From positions 33,666,001 to 33,730,000 of the forward strand of contig NC_042997.1 in NCBI RefSeq assembly GCF_006345805.1: a stretch of DNA of 64,000 nucleotides, in the 5' to 3' direction. A program made the translations under genes and the position numbers. The stretch is from Octopus sinensis (taxonomy: Eukaryota). The stretch's first letter is position 1; every line of letters starts with the position of its first letter. Of the stretch, positions 1-12,930 are shown piece after piece. Under the pieces are notes generated by a model, which saw only the letters and a list, made by a program, of their open reading frames with translations, was not told the origin of the DNA and did not search any database.

Positions 1-180
1 TTCATACTCATACAAATAATAATTGGAACACTAGGTTTTGTTAGTAAATGCTCAAAGGAGAATCTGGATAAACTGGGATTTTCAGAAAGAGAAATCGACC
101 GGCTAATTCGTAGATTACAAGTGCAATCTGTGAGTGGAACAGTAAAAGTATGCAAGACTTTTCTCAAGTCCCAAATGTGA
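1..180 (+). mobile_element. 3' end of a Dong/R4-like (RLE) non-LTR retrotransposon ORF
   Basis: Frame 1 reads IIIGTLGFVSKCSKENLDKLGFSEREIDRLIRRLQVQSVSGTVKVCKTFLKSQM*, matching the IGALGY...SGTVKICKTF C-terminus of RLE elements. Confidence 0.7.
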
Positions 181-255
181 ATTTGTCTGTTAACTACATC
201 TCAAAGACAGAGCGTTGTATCTTTGTTGGAAGCCGACTCCCTCCTCAGTGGAAGA

Positions 256-532
256 TGTGTGTCTGTCTCCTACGATTTAGATTCCTAACTACTCCCACAT
301 TTTGTGGTGCAGTTTAACCAAAAGCAGGTATCTTATAGTCGTGATTCATATTGAGCCCTTCTGGGTATTAGCGTGCGTCTACGATGAGTCTACGATTTAA
401 AAAAAAAATTTACCATCATTTTTTCCCATTTTTAATGCATTTTTTGCTATTATATAAGGGAAGTAACTCTCTAAAAATGCTTATATAGTTATTTCCCTTA
501 CAAACCCGAGCAACGCCGGGCGATAATGCTAG
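256..532 (+). mobile_element. Non-autonomous Helitron, family H1 (5' truncated)
   Basis: 3' hairpin CCCGAGCAACGCCGGG followed by CTAG|T; homologous to 30877-31275 and 45598-45768. Confidence 0.8.
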
Positions 533-854
533 TAATAATTAAAAAAATAGAAGAGACATACATATATACATACACACACAGGCATACATTCATATGTATC
601 TATGTATGTATATATGTACGTATGTTAGTATGTATGTATTATATGTACCGAGTTCCCATAACATTTACTCTTTATTTTATACGAAAATCTGAATAAATTA
701 CACTAGTCAAGGGAATTCCAATATTTGGAATATGGATACTTGCTATCTTTTATTCTTTCAACTTTCCTTTAACTTTAGCTTCTTCATCATTCAAATCTGG
801 CTGTCAGATTGAAAAGATCCCATACATACATACACACACAAACATGTGTGCGTA

Positions 855-1066
<212 letters not shown>

Positions 1067-1836
1067 TCTTTCTATATATATATATACACATGCATTCATG
1101 CTTACTTACATACATACATTCGTACGGTATATCTATATGCCTATGTGTATAATAGATTGTGCAATTGTTTGTGTAGTGTGAGGTAAGAATTCAATAATTC
1201 TTATTAACTCTTTGGCTGATCCGTGAAACTGATTCTCTCACATCAAATGTTTCCCAATGCGTTCCAATGCTGCAATCCGATTTTCTCACTTCTCTGTCTC
1301 TCTATGTTTAATTAACTTCTTTGCTTTTGATACCCAATTTTCACTTTTCGCGTGATTCTAAGGAAATTTGCTCACAGGTGAATAACACAGCAGCAGGTAT
1401 ATAATACGGACCTTTTATAATATACTTGCTTTTGAGATTTGAAATCTGTCTTTCATAAATAGATGAGTCAATATTGAAGAATAAGGATAATTTGCTTAGT
1501 TCAACAGTCTTAAACATTTCATGAGGATTTTGCGAATGAAATATTCTCTCTTTTGTGTTTGACTTAATTTTAAAAATAATCAAGTATTTGGAAAGAATTA
1601 GTAAAATAACTAACTTTTGTTATTAAAAAGGTAAAGGCGGTGATCTGAAGAAACCATTAGCATGTCGGATATAATTTTTAGCGGCTTATCTTCCGACTCT
1701 TTATGTTCCGTGTTCAAATTCCGCCAATGTCTTTTTTTGCCTTTCATCATTTCAGAGTTGATGAAATAGGTACCAGTTGAGCACTGAGGCTGATGTAAGC
1801 GACTACCCGCTCCTCCAAATTTTCAGTTTTTATGCC

Positions 1837-2001
1837 CAGGGCTGGCTCAAGGTACCGACAACTCGGGCAGTCGTCTGGGGCGCCATGTGCTAGGTGGTGC
1901 CAAGGAGGGCGTGACAAAGACAAAGAAATTTCCATGACTGTCATCTTGTACAGGCCGAAGATCAGCTTGCCCAGGGTACCACAACCCTAGGGCTGGCCCT
2001 G
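1837..2001. mobile_element. hAT-type MITE
   Basis: Ends CAGGGCTGGC / GCTGGCCCTG; 8-bp TSD TTTATGCC / CTTATGCC (one mismatch). Confidence 0.75.
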
Positions 2002-2419
2002 CTTATGCCTATAGAAGAAATAATTATTAAGATGTTAAGAACATTACTTAAGAATCCAGCAAGAGGCTTTTTATGCAGCTGATCAAATGCACCAAAAGAT
2101 CTAAGACATAGCACCTTCAGCGTAGCATTTACTGTTTTAAATAACGAAAAGACATGCTAGATAATGTACGCCAACATATTGTTAAAGCAGGGTGGTCTTA
2201 GCTGGAATGTCTTTGGTCGTAGATCTGTTTCATTAGCGTTAACGTGAAACAAAACAAGAGCAACAGCAGGAAAAGAAAATGTTTTTATGTTTTTTATCTT
2301 TTACTTATTGCAGTCAGTAGACTGCGCCTATGCTGGGGCATCACCTCGAAATGTATATATTTAAATTTGGAAGGAATCGCCATCAAAGCCTTTGATGCGA
2401 AAGGTAAATGAATCCATTC

Positions 2420-2613
2420 ACTGTTGGGCGAATTGCGTAGCCGTATTTCGTCTGCTGTTACGTTGTGAGTTCAAATTCCGCCGAGGTCGACTTTGCCTGT
2501 CATCCTTTCGGGGTCGATAAATTAAGTAACAGTTACGCACTGGGGTCAATATAATCGACTTAATCCCTTTGTCTATCCCCTCTATGTTTAGCCCCTTGTG
2601 GGCAATAAAGAAA
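2420..2613 (+). mobile_element. tRNA-derived SINE family B, 5' truncated
   Basis: GAGTTCAAATTCCGCCGAGGTCGAC body and GGGCAATAAAGAAAT tail shared with many copies in the window. Confidence 0.85.
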
Positions 2614-3092
2614 TATATCTATCTATCTATCGATTGATCAATCAATCGATATATCTGTGTGTCTGTCTGTCTATCTCCTCCTACTCTCTCTCTCCTCCCT
2701 CCCGCTCTCTCTCTAGCTAATTATCTATCTATCTAGCCCGAAAAAAGAAAAAAAAGAATACATTATCTTTGTTTTTATAAGTAATGTCTCTACTGTGTTT
2801 CTAATTAAAAAGAAGACCCAAAATAATATTATCATGATTCAAATAAAGGGATCTTTTCTTGAAATTTAAAAATCAAGTGAAAATTTTTTTGATTTGGAAT
2901 ATTGATGTAATTTTTCACACTGAATCTGATGATGTTATTCACTTGTTCCAGAAAAATTTTAGGAAAATGTTACAGAGGTTTAAAGTTTTATAATTTTTAT
3001 CCAATCAGAAAACAGGATTTGGAAGCTTGCATTTTGTGCGTGACGACAACATTACTACGACAAAACATTCAACGATGGAAATTTTAAGACGT

Positions 3093-3283
3093 TTTACTCT
3101 TTTACTTGTTTCAGTCATTTTACTGCGGCCATGCTGGAGTACCACCTTTAGTCGAGCAAATCGACCCCGGGACTTATTCTTTGTAAGCCCAGTACTTATT
3201 CTATCGGTCTCTTTTGCCGAACCGCTAAGTGATGGGGACATAAACACACCAGCATCGGTTGTCAAGCAATGCTAGGGAGACAA

Positions 3284-3322
<39 letters not shown>

Positions 3323-3486
3323 CGACAGGCTTCTTTCAGTTTCCGTCTACCAAATCCACTCACAAGGCTTTGGTCGACCCGAGGCTATAGCAGAAGACAC
3401 TTGCCCAAGATGCCACGCAGTGGGACTGAACCCGGAACCATGTGGTTGGTTAGCAAGCTACTTACCACACAGCCACTCCTGCGCCT
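3093..3486 (-). mobile_element. tRNA/CORE-type SINE family A
   Basis: Head GGCGCAGGAGTGGCTGTGTGG, B-box GGTTCAGTCCC, internal (TA)n(TG)n, (AAAGAGT)n tail. Confidence 0.9.
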
Positions 3487-3850
3487 ATGGAGATGTTTTA
3501 ATAAGTTTTAATATGAAATGTTCGAACAGGCATGTAATGCAAAAAATTACCAAAAAGAAAAAGAAAAACTGAAACTTAAAGTTAAATTACGGAAAAACGA
3601 AAGTTTGTGATGCACTTTGGGAGTTAGCCAAATAAATTACAATCTTCGGTGGAATTCTGGCTTCGACACTCCATATAACCCCTCATAACTTTATTATTTT
3701 TTGGAAATTTTAGAAAACTTTTGCAAATTTGTATTCTATACCCAGGTTATTCATGCGAAAAAATTTTATTGTTTAACTCTCCCATCCCATAAATCCTAAA
3801 AGTTCCTCTCTTTTCTGAATATTTTCAAAAATCAGAGTTTAAAATACAGA

Positions 3851-4230
3851 GGTGCAGGTGTGGCTGTGTGGTAAGTAGCTTTCTTACCGACCACATGGTT
3901 CCGGGTTCATTCCCACTGCGTAGCACCTTGGGCAAGTGTCTTCTACTATAGCCTCGAGCCGACCTAAGCCTTGTGAGTGGATTTGGTAGATGGAAACTGA
4001 AAGCCCGTTGTGTCTGTTTATGTGCCTGTGTTTGTTCCCCAACATCGCTTGACAACCGATGCTGGTGTGTTTACGTCCCTGTAACTTAGTGGTTCAGCAA
4101 AAGAGATCGATAGAATAAGTACTAGGCTTACAAAAAATAAGTCCTGGGGTTGATTTGCTTGACTAAAGGTGGTGCTCCAGCATGGCCACAGTCAAATGAC
4201 TGAAATAAGTAAAAGAGCAAAAGCGAGTAA
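3851..4230 (+). mobile_element. SINE family A, variant lacking the internal microsatellite
   Basis: Full head-to-tail similarity; diagnostic variants shared with the 58 kb copies. Confidence 0.9.
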
Positions 4231-4254
4231 GTCCAAATTCTTTTGCTTAAATTC

Positions 4255-4670
4255 AGGCGCAGGAGTGGCTGTGTGGTAAGTAGCTTGCTTACCAACCACA
4301 TGGTTTTGGGTTCAGTCCCACTGCATGGCACCTTGGGCAAGTGTCTTCTACTATAGCCTCGGGCCGACCAAAGCCTTGTGAGTGGATTTGGTAGACAGAA
4401 ACTGAAAGAAGCCCGTCGTATATATGTATATATATGTGTGTGTGTGTGTGCGTGTATGTTTGTGTGTCTGTGTTTGTCCCCCTAACATTGCTTGACAACT
4501 GATGCTGGTGTGTTTATGTCCCCGTCACTTAGCGGTTCGGCAAAAGAGACCAATAGAATAAGTACTGGGCTTACAAAGAATAAGTCCTGGGGTCGAGTTG
4601 CTTGACCAAAGGCGGTGCTCCAGCATGGCCGCAGTCAACTGACTGAAACAAGTAAAAGAGTAAAGAGTAA
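4255..4670 (+). mobile_element. SINE family A
   Basis: Full-length copy in tandem with the previous one. Confidence 0.9.
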
Positions 4671-6319
4671 TGGACTACCCTCAGGCGAATCATCATTCTA
4701 CTTAATGTGTTTATGAGGAGATAAATGTTGAAAAACATCAATACACATCACAGTGACAAAGAAACGTGGAAGATGTTAGGTGGTTGTGAGACATGCTAAA
4801 AGTAACAGCTAAATCGCCCTTGAATCACGTACGATTTTTTTTTTTTTTGCATTATCGTATGAATTCTCGTGTGTCAAACACAAATGAGCAAACATTTTCT
4901 AAAAATTCCTAAAAATAAAAAAAAGTTACGAGTGGTTATATGAGGTGTTTAAACCAGAATTCTGGCAAATTTTCGTATCTCCTGCACCAGATGAACTCGC
5001 AGAGATATGAGTCAACTATAGAATAGTGGGTCCCACAGAGACAGCAAGAGACAAATAAAAGCAGGGAGAACATGAAACAGCAGGCTACACAATAGCTTAG
5101 ATTTGTTACCATGGAAACAGGTACCACTATATCTGTGGCTTGTGATTAGTTAAAATTACCCAAAATTTGCAAACTTTAAAGGCTATTAACTTTTTATTTA
5201 TTAATTTATGGTGAAAATGAATTCCATTTCCATAATTAGCATACAAAATTTCATCAACAAACCATGTTTGAAATTAATTGGAATAAAATTGGAGTTGAAA
5301 AGTGAAAGCCAAATAGAAAAGTTCCAAATACAGTTTGGCTCTATTCAGAAGTTGTTCAACTTTGGCTGAAATGCAAATTTGTAGTTAAATATTTATGACT
5401 TAAAGAGAAGTTTGTTCATTGTTATGAAATAAACAGATTGTTTAATTGAAACTATAATAATTGCTGATATAAATGTTACTTGGTGGTTGGTTGATGTTTC
5501 CAGTCACGCTTTACAATGTAGAGAGAGAGAAAGAGAGAGTAAAAGAGATACGGAGAGAGTTCACATAAAAGGTGCGGGATGAGATTTGGTGGCATGCATT
5601 GAATAAGGAACACCATAAACTCACAAAATACCATACACTGACAAAATAGAGAGAGACAGAGAGGATGAGTAAAAGCGCAACCACTCAGAACAGTTAAAGT
5701 ATAGAAAATATAGTTGAAATAAACGTTATGAAACAAAGCAGAGGGAATAAAATGGAGAGTGAGAGGGAGAGAACCTAGGGGAAGAAATGATAGGTTGAGG
5801 AGAGAATGTAGGGGAGAAAGCGATAGGAGAGGAAAGAGACATTCAATTATAAATATATTGTGGAAGAAATTAAAGCATGTCATATTTAAAAAGTTATTTG
5901 AAAAGCAATGAAAATGGCACAATAAAGACGAAAATTATAAATTGTAAAGGTATTTAAAGAGTTGAAAATGTAAAGTTATGACAAGTTTTATAGAGCTGAG
6001 TAAAATATATATCGTATCAATGAAAACAAAGAAATATGCTTTTATTAGGTGAAGTGGGAATAAACATAGACACACTAAAAGAATGTATGTATGTGACTGA
6101 GAGAGAGAGGCGGAGGGAGATGTGTCTGGGTGAACATAGACACACATAATATATAAACATACACACAGATATACATACATACTCGCACACACACACATAT
6201 ATTCATCTGTATTCTTTTCTACTCTTGGCACAAGACCCAGAATTTTTGTAGAGGGGGCCAGTCAATTACATAGGTCCCAGTATGCAATTTGTACTTAATT
6301 TATCGGCCCCAAACTTGGA

Positions 6320-6710
6320 ATGTAAGGACAAACGAAATACCTATTTCTTTACTACCCACAAGGGGCAAACCATCGCTTACGACGACGAGGGTTCCAGTTG
6401 ATCCAATCAACGGAACAGTCTGCCTGTGAAATTAACATGCAAGTGGCTGAACGCTCCACAGACACACATACCTATTTCTTTACTACCCACAAGGGGCTAA
6501 ACTCAGAGGGGACAAACAAGGACAGACAAACGGATTAAGTCGATTACATCGACCCCAGTGCGTAACTGGTACTTAATTTATCGACCCCAAAAGGATGAAA
6601 GGCAAAGTTGACCTTGGCAGAACTTGAACTCAGAACGTAACAGCAGACGAAATACCGCTAAGCATTTAGCCTGGCATGCTAATGTTTCTGCCAGCTCGCC
6701 ACCTTAATAC
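6320..6710 (-). mobile_element. SINE family B plus partial second unit and fragment of another SINE tail
   Basis: Reverse complement of GGCGAGCTGGCAGAAAC...AAAGAAATAGG. Confidence 0.8.
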
Positions 6711-7889
6711 ACACATTAATTTAAAAGTAATAAATATTTTCTTTTGAAAATTAGCATTCATTTCAACATTTTGTATAAGCATCAATAAATTTCATAGAAG
6801 TTAAATCATTATTATTGTGTGCATGCCATATTTCCTAATATTACCCATAGTGACAAAAATACACTTCAAAAGTTACCCTCTGTATGACAGGTAACAATCT
6901 AGTATCAATTATAACTGGAAGTACCCGTGGGAAATACCATAGTTATTTTGAAAATTGTAAGGTGAAATTGAATATTTTTATGAAACATTTGACTCTTGAG
7001 ATGGTGTCTATAAAAGCTATATTATTCTTACGCTGTCTATTGTTAAAGTTATTATCTATTATTTTTCACTTTATGTCAAGAAGTAGTGTTGATTGTTATA
7101 GTGTTTTCCACTTTGCATTCCCTTCCGTATACACACACACACTCCCTCTCTCTCGCATTCTGTTTATCTTTCCTCTCAACTATTCTTCAATTACTCTGTG
7201 CTAAACATGTTTCCTCTCTGTCTCTATCTCTCTAACTTTTCCTTCAACATAATAGCAATTCCTTTCCCTCAGCTCTCACCACTAACACACTTCTCTCTCT
7301 CTCTCTTTTCGTCTGTTGAACTTACCACATGACAGCATGACACATTTGGTCTTAGCGTATTGGATATTTAGATTACTATAAACTTACTATGTATGGAATA
7401 AATTCTCCCTTTTACGCAAGTAAAACGTTTGAACGACTAATTAAATCAGCAACAAATACTTCTCATATCAAATTGATGTAAATAATTTTGAATAAAATAC
7501 AAACTCTTTAAAATGATATGTTTGATATCATAGAAACAGAGATGGTCTTTGGTGGGTTGACAACAAAGATTAATTCTAATACAATGGAATACATTTGTAT
7601 TAATATTCCACCATTATTTACAAGCTCACTTAAGTAGCCTATAAAACTTCAGATCTCATTGGCTTCTATAAGTGTTGTTAATAGTACAAAAGTCTGCTTC
7701 AACTGAACAGACCTCTAATCAAAGGCATGCTATCCATGGCCAATCTATATTAATATATATATATAGATGATTAAATTGTCTGTGTAATATTTAATTAGAA
7801 TAACAGGGAATGGTTTGAAGGGAGATTTGAATTTTCAATAAGTCTACATCTATGTGGCTTAATCGTTGGTTTATTTTTACAGCTTTTAA

Positions 7890-8338
7890 CCCTTTAGTGT
7901 TCACATTATTCTGCCAAAATTAATGCTTTTTTATCCACATTGTTTTGAACTATCATCATCATCATCATCATCATTTAGCGTCCACTTTCCATGCTAGCAT
8001 GGGTTGGACGGTTCAACTGGGGTCTGGGAAGCCAGAAGGCTGCATCAGGCCCAGTCTGATCTGGCAGTGTTTCTACGGCTGGATGCCCTTCCTAATGCCA
8101 ACCACTCCGCGAGTGTAGTGGGTGCTTTTTACGTGCCACCCGCACAGGTGCCAGACGGTGCTGGCAAACGGCCATGAACGGATGGTGCTTATCTTGTACC
8201 TATGAGATTTTGATGAGGTAGCTGTCCATTTTTAAGATGATATTGTAGGGTTGGTGTGAGAGACCAGATCTGGCTAGTTTGAACATAAAACAGGTAGAAT
8301 ACTTTTGGCTGGATATGGCTGGTTTAAATGCTAAAGGG
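7890..8338. mobile_element. piggyBac-like MITE interrupted by an RTE 3'-UTR (family C) insertion at about 7951-8190
   Basis: TTAA|CCCTTTAG...CTAAAGGG|TCAA termini. Confidence 0.7.
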
Positions 8339-10304
8339 TCAAGTGATATTTAGAACTGAATAGTTGCTGCTTATCTTACTCCACTTTAAACCAAAAAAGT
8401 TGCTTAGGATTCGATAAAATAAGAACCAGACTAAAATTAATGTTGTGAGTGGATATGATTGGCTAAAACTTTTGAAAATGGTTCTCCAACATGGCTTCAG
8501 CTCAATGACTGAAAACAATAAAAGAATAGATTCAATTGTGAAATATTACATCATTCTGTGCACACAAAATTTTAAAGATCCAATTTTGTACCTACAATGC
8601 AAATATCCAAGCTCAGCATCAGAATAGTAGAATTAGAGCAATGGATAAAATGCCTTGTGGTATTTGTTCCGGCTCTATCTACACATTCTGATTTCTTGGA
8701 AGGAGAAACTTAATTCATTGCTCATTTGAAAAGTATCACAAGGTTCCTTGGGTTGCTCTTAGCAGAGTCCTCTCTTTTGCAATTTTCGAGTTAGATCTCT
8801 TGTCTGAGAAAAAACCCAGAACTGATCCCTTTCTCACACACCTTGGAGGCCATACAAAAGAAAAAAAATTTTGTTCTAACCTTCCCACCAAAACTAAAAG
8901 CAAACAATAAAATGAACATGTTGAATAAGAAATATACAGAATGGTCACCACTGGAATGCTTTTGATCTAAAGTTTACTTGACCAAGACTGACCTGGAGCT
9001 AAAACAGAACAATAACCATATCTGGGGTGTTTTGTTAATTCATTACAAAAAAAAAAAAAATGCTAGGTGATCTTTTGTTTTAAGTATCCAGAAAGTGAAT
9101 GACCAAACAAATTTAACACAAGTCAGTAGTCGGAAACTCGGTAATAAAGTGAAACTGAACTCTAAAATAGTTGACCAGTTAACTGTTGCTTTTGTACTGA
9201 CACTGATCTACTAGGTAACAAGTAGTTTTCTGTTCTCCGAGAGATAAACTTTTTAAGGTGAGGCAGTGGGGTACACGAGACTCAGAGAAAAATCATGCTT
9301 AATGCTTCGAGATTTGGAGATGTTGGATATGCCAGCATATCCAACTCTTCCAAACCTCTTTTCCATTTGAACTTTCCTAATGTAATTCACCAAAAGTTTT
9401 GATTTATTAAAGCATACAGCTGAATTATAAATGTTATATTTTAAAAGAAAAGCTGATCTGTCTGTCTGTCCATCACAGCATCTATATAAAGGAAGGAGAG
9501 CAAAAAGGGAGATAACCTCTGTCACAATGTATATACAATGAGGGAAGAAGGGGGAGAGAAAAAATTATTGTTGAGAGATACAGTGAGAGAGAGAGAGAAA
9601 AGAGAGTGAGAGAAGAGAGAGAGTGTGTGTGGAAGATAGATAGGTAAGTAGTATTGTCACCATAGTAACTAACAAGTTTTGATTAAAAACGAGGCAATTT
9701 TAAGTGCAAGTCTGTCAACACAACTCAACACAGACTACAAAAAAAAACAACTACATGCATATATGTAATACTCATAGTTATTTTTTGGTTGTCTGTGTAT
9801 GTATTTCTGTGTGTGTGTTTCTGCATGTTTTTCAACAAATAGACAATGCAGTACAGACTTTGAAAAAGTCTTACCCTATAATGACAAGTTGTTGTTGAGA
9901 GAGAAATAGTCACAGAGAAAAAGAGAGAGAGAGGGAAAGAGTGATTGAGTGAGAGAGAGTGACTGAGTGAGAGTGTGTGTGTGTGTGTATGTGAAAGAAA
10001 ATTAAAGTTTGTTAAAAGACAAAAAAAGCAGGTTGTTGATGGAGCATATCAATGTGATAATTGCAGTAGGTTTATGCTGACGGATCTGTTTCATCTTGAC
10101 TAGGTTGGGACCCAGCAACATAACAATGGATAGCAAACAGTTAATTATAACACTGCAAGAAACTTCATGGCACTTTCCTTTTAATCAAACCAACAGCATT
10201 ATGTCTTCTATGATTTTTGCAGGTGCCTCTACCATGAAAACCTCTATTCTTCTATACATAACAATTTTGAAATAATCTTTCGAAGAAAAGATTTAATTAT
10301 ATAA

Positions 10305-10610
10305 GTGCAGGTGTGGCTATGTGGTGAGAAGTTTGCTTCCCAACCACATAGGTTCCGGTCCAATCTCACTGTGTGGCACTTTGGGTAAGTATCGTCTACT
10401 AAAGTCACAGGCCGATCAAAGCCTTGTGAGTAGATCTGGTTGATAGAAACTGAAAGAAGCTCATTGAATATATATGTATGTGCATGTGCGCGCTTATTCT
10501 CCACCATCATTTGACAACCAGTGTTGGTTTGTTTATGTTCCTGAAACATAGCAGTTTGGCAAAAGAAACAGAAATAACTACCAGGTTTAAAAATAAGTAC
10601 TCGGGTCAAT
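10305..10610 (+). mobile_element. Degraded SINE family A
   Basis: Diverged match to head and body. Confidence 0.75.
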
Positions 10611-10659
10611 TGGAAAGACTTCCTTTCGTGCCACCCCACAAAATTTTAAAAACAAATAT

Positions 10660-11108
10660 TAGACATGGTAGAAAAATGATTTCTTACCATGTCTTATAAT
10701 AATAATAATGAGAAAGTCATGAAAACTGAGAATTTCTATTAAAAAGACTTGATTTCTATATCATGTTTATTCATGTCCCTGCTACAGCCAAAATTTCCGA
10801 ACTCTATGAAATTTGCCTAACCTTGGGACCTAAATAAACATAATACAGAAATGAGTCAAAACTATTGAAAAGGTTGCAAGACGCAACGAAAATTTTCAAA
10901 GAATAAAAAAGAAATAAGTGGAAATTTTACCAGTGAGTGTGTTAAATTATAAGTCCCTAAAAGAGAATGACTCTCCCCAGACACAACAGAAATGAAGTTG
11001 TTTTAGTAGAAATTCTTAATTTTTATGACTTTCTCATTATTATTATTGTTATTATTATTATTATTATTATTATAAGACATGGTAGGAAATCAGTTTTCCA
11101 CAATGTCT
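10660..11108. mobile_element. Foldback MITE with about 90-bp imperfect terminal inverted repeats containing (TAA)n
   Basis: AGACATGGTAG...GAGAAAGTCATGAAAAC on the left is mirrored by TTTTATGACTTTCTC...AAGACATGGTAGG on the right. Confidence 0.7.
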
Positions 11109-11150
11109 CATATTTAAAAAGAAAAATTTATAGTGGTCTACAAAAAGAAG

Positions 11151-11565
11151 GGATCTTTTCGGTTTGAATGGCAGTTTTTTCTAGCAGTGTCATATGAAAT
11201 TTTCACCCATAATTATGACCCTAGTATCGATCTATTGCATTTCAATCTCTTTTTGGGGTTAGGGGTGGGGGGAAGGGTATCTTTTTTTCTTCAGAAATGT
11301 AAATAAACCCAATCTGTTTCTTAAACGAGGGACATATTCATATGGCACAGAATGTTTTTTTTACCTCAATAGACATCAGTGATTGGTTGAAATTGCAGAA
11401 ATTGAAGGAAAAAAACCAACAAATATCTTACAAACTATAGAATTTTCTCAATAAAGCCAAGAGAAAAAGATGTTTTATAAACACATTCTACCAGTATACG
11501 AAGTTTAAAAGTGTTTAGTTATGTGGAAATTATTTTTAAAAACTGCCGGTCAAACCGAAAAGATC
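11151..11565 (+). mobile_element. MITE family T (TIR GATCTTTTCGGTTTGAAC), internal TTAGGG-like tract
   Basis: TIRs; 9-bp direct repeat AAAAAGAAG on both flanks (Mutator-like length). Confidence 0.8.
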
Positions 11566-11862
11566 AAAAAGAAGTCTGTTCCGTCAATTCGTTTCACTGC
11601 AACCTTTCAAGGCAGTGCTCCAGTATGGACGCAGTCCAATGACTGAAACATGTAAAAGTTAAGGTAATTCCCTGAGTGTTAGTCGATAACTGCTGAGCAC
11701 ATTATTTTCAGTTTACTACCCAAATCCACTCTTTCACTTTCTCGATACTTAAAACGAAAGTTTATCTTCTTTTTAGTATTTTATTCAGTCCGAGTTTTGA
11801 CCTAATGTTACTGGAAGTCGAAACTGAAAGAAAGTATTTACTATTTTGAGAACGATCCCGTA

Positions 11863-12300
11863 CGGATCTTTTCGGTTTGAACGGCATTTTTTAACATAAT
11901 TTCTAGGTAACTAAAAAATTTTAAACTTCGTATACTGGTAGAATGTTTTTATAAAACATCTTTTTCTCTTGGCTTTATTGAGAAAATTCTATAGTTTGTA
12001 AGATATTTGTTGCTTTTTTTTTCTTCAATTTCTGCAATTTCAACCAATCAATGACGTTCATTGAGGTAAAAAAACATTCTGTGCCGTATGAATATGTCCC
12101 TCGTTTAAGAAACAGATTGGGTTTATTTACATTTCTGAAAAAAAAAAGATACCCTTCCCACAACCCCTAAACCTAACCCTAACTAACGCTAACCCTAAAA
12201 CAGATTGAAATGCAATAGATCGATACTAGGGTCATAATTATGGGTGACAATTTCATATGACACCGCTAGAAAAAACTGCTGTTCAAACCGAAAAGATCCG
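11863..12300 (-). mobile_element. MITE family T, inverted relative to the previous copy
   Basis: TIR CGGATCTTTTCGG...CCGAAAAGATCCG; internal CCCTAA-like tract. Confidence 0.8.
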
Positions 12301-12479
12301 AAAGTATTTACTATTTTGAGAACGACTGAATATTAAAGAAAAATATAGCCGCTATCAATAAGAGAAATAATATACAAAATGAGGAAAAAAAAATTCAGAA
12401 CAATATAAGAAACTGGATTTTGGACAGGATCAAATAAAGCATGTAGGTGCATCCATATAAATCAATAAGCAGTTATCTG

Positions 12480-12660
12480 ACTCACAGGAAGTGGTCTCCT
12501 TTTCTAATTTCTAGTTTAGAAAACCGGCATGCGTTGTTGCGATACCGGAACCGGATGTTGTCTGCAATTAGTCCCACACGTGGGTGAGAGATCTTTGTTG
12601 TCATTATTCGCTTTTCGCGGTTTTGGTTTTCGAGGAAAGTTTTCTAATTCAGTTTTACAG
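12480..12660. promoter_or_regulatory. Candidate housekeeping (possibly bidirectional) promoter of LAGE3
   Basis: Local CpG enrichment; ETS motifs CAGGAAGTG (12485), ACCGGAA and CCGGATGT (12544-12558); NRF1-like GGCATGCG; E-box CACGTG (12577); unique non-repeat sequence. Confidence 0.55.
12540..12583 (+). other. Candidate first exon of LAGE3 (start approximate)
   Basis: Donor TGG|GTGAGA at 12584; splicing to 20333 would put ATG 12555 in frame (MLSAISPTRGFN-MSND...). Confidence 0.35.
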
Positions 12661-12930
12661 GTTACTTATTCTTAATGTAAGCATTTTTACTGAATTAGTT
12701 CATATGTCCTTGATAGTTTTACACTTACGAAATAGTTTGGATATTTGATTAAACACAAGTTTATAAGAATTGACGTTTACTACGGACGTTACAGTTGACA
12801 ATAACATTAATCGACCCATTAATCTGTGTTTTTGCTTGTTTTAAACCAAATCTTATATAGTTTCAGGGGTTTAAATTACTGCTTTTTAAGGATTAGTCAT
12901 TCCATAATCACGTTCTGTATTTCCTATTAT

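Noticed and set aside
1341-1583. 80-aa minus ORF and other 60-130 aa ORFs in unique sequence (8736, 9253, 57862 and similar)
   Set aside because: No recognisable domain or consistent splice phases; expected by chance or antisense to TE remnants
5490-5525. Hammerhead-like remnant on the minus strand in a CT-rich repeat
   Set aside because: CTGANGA core not preserved
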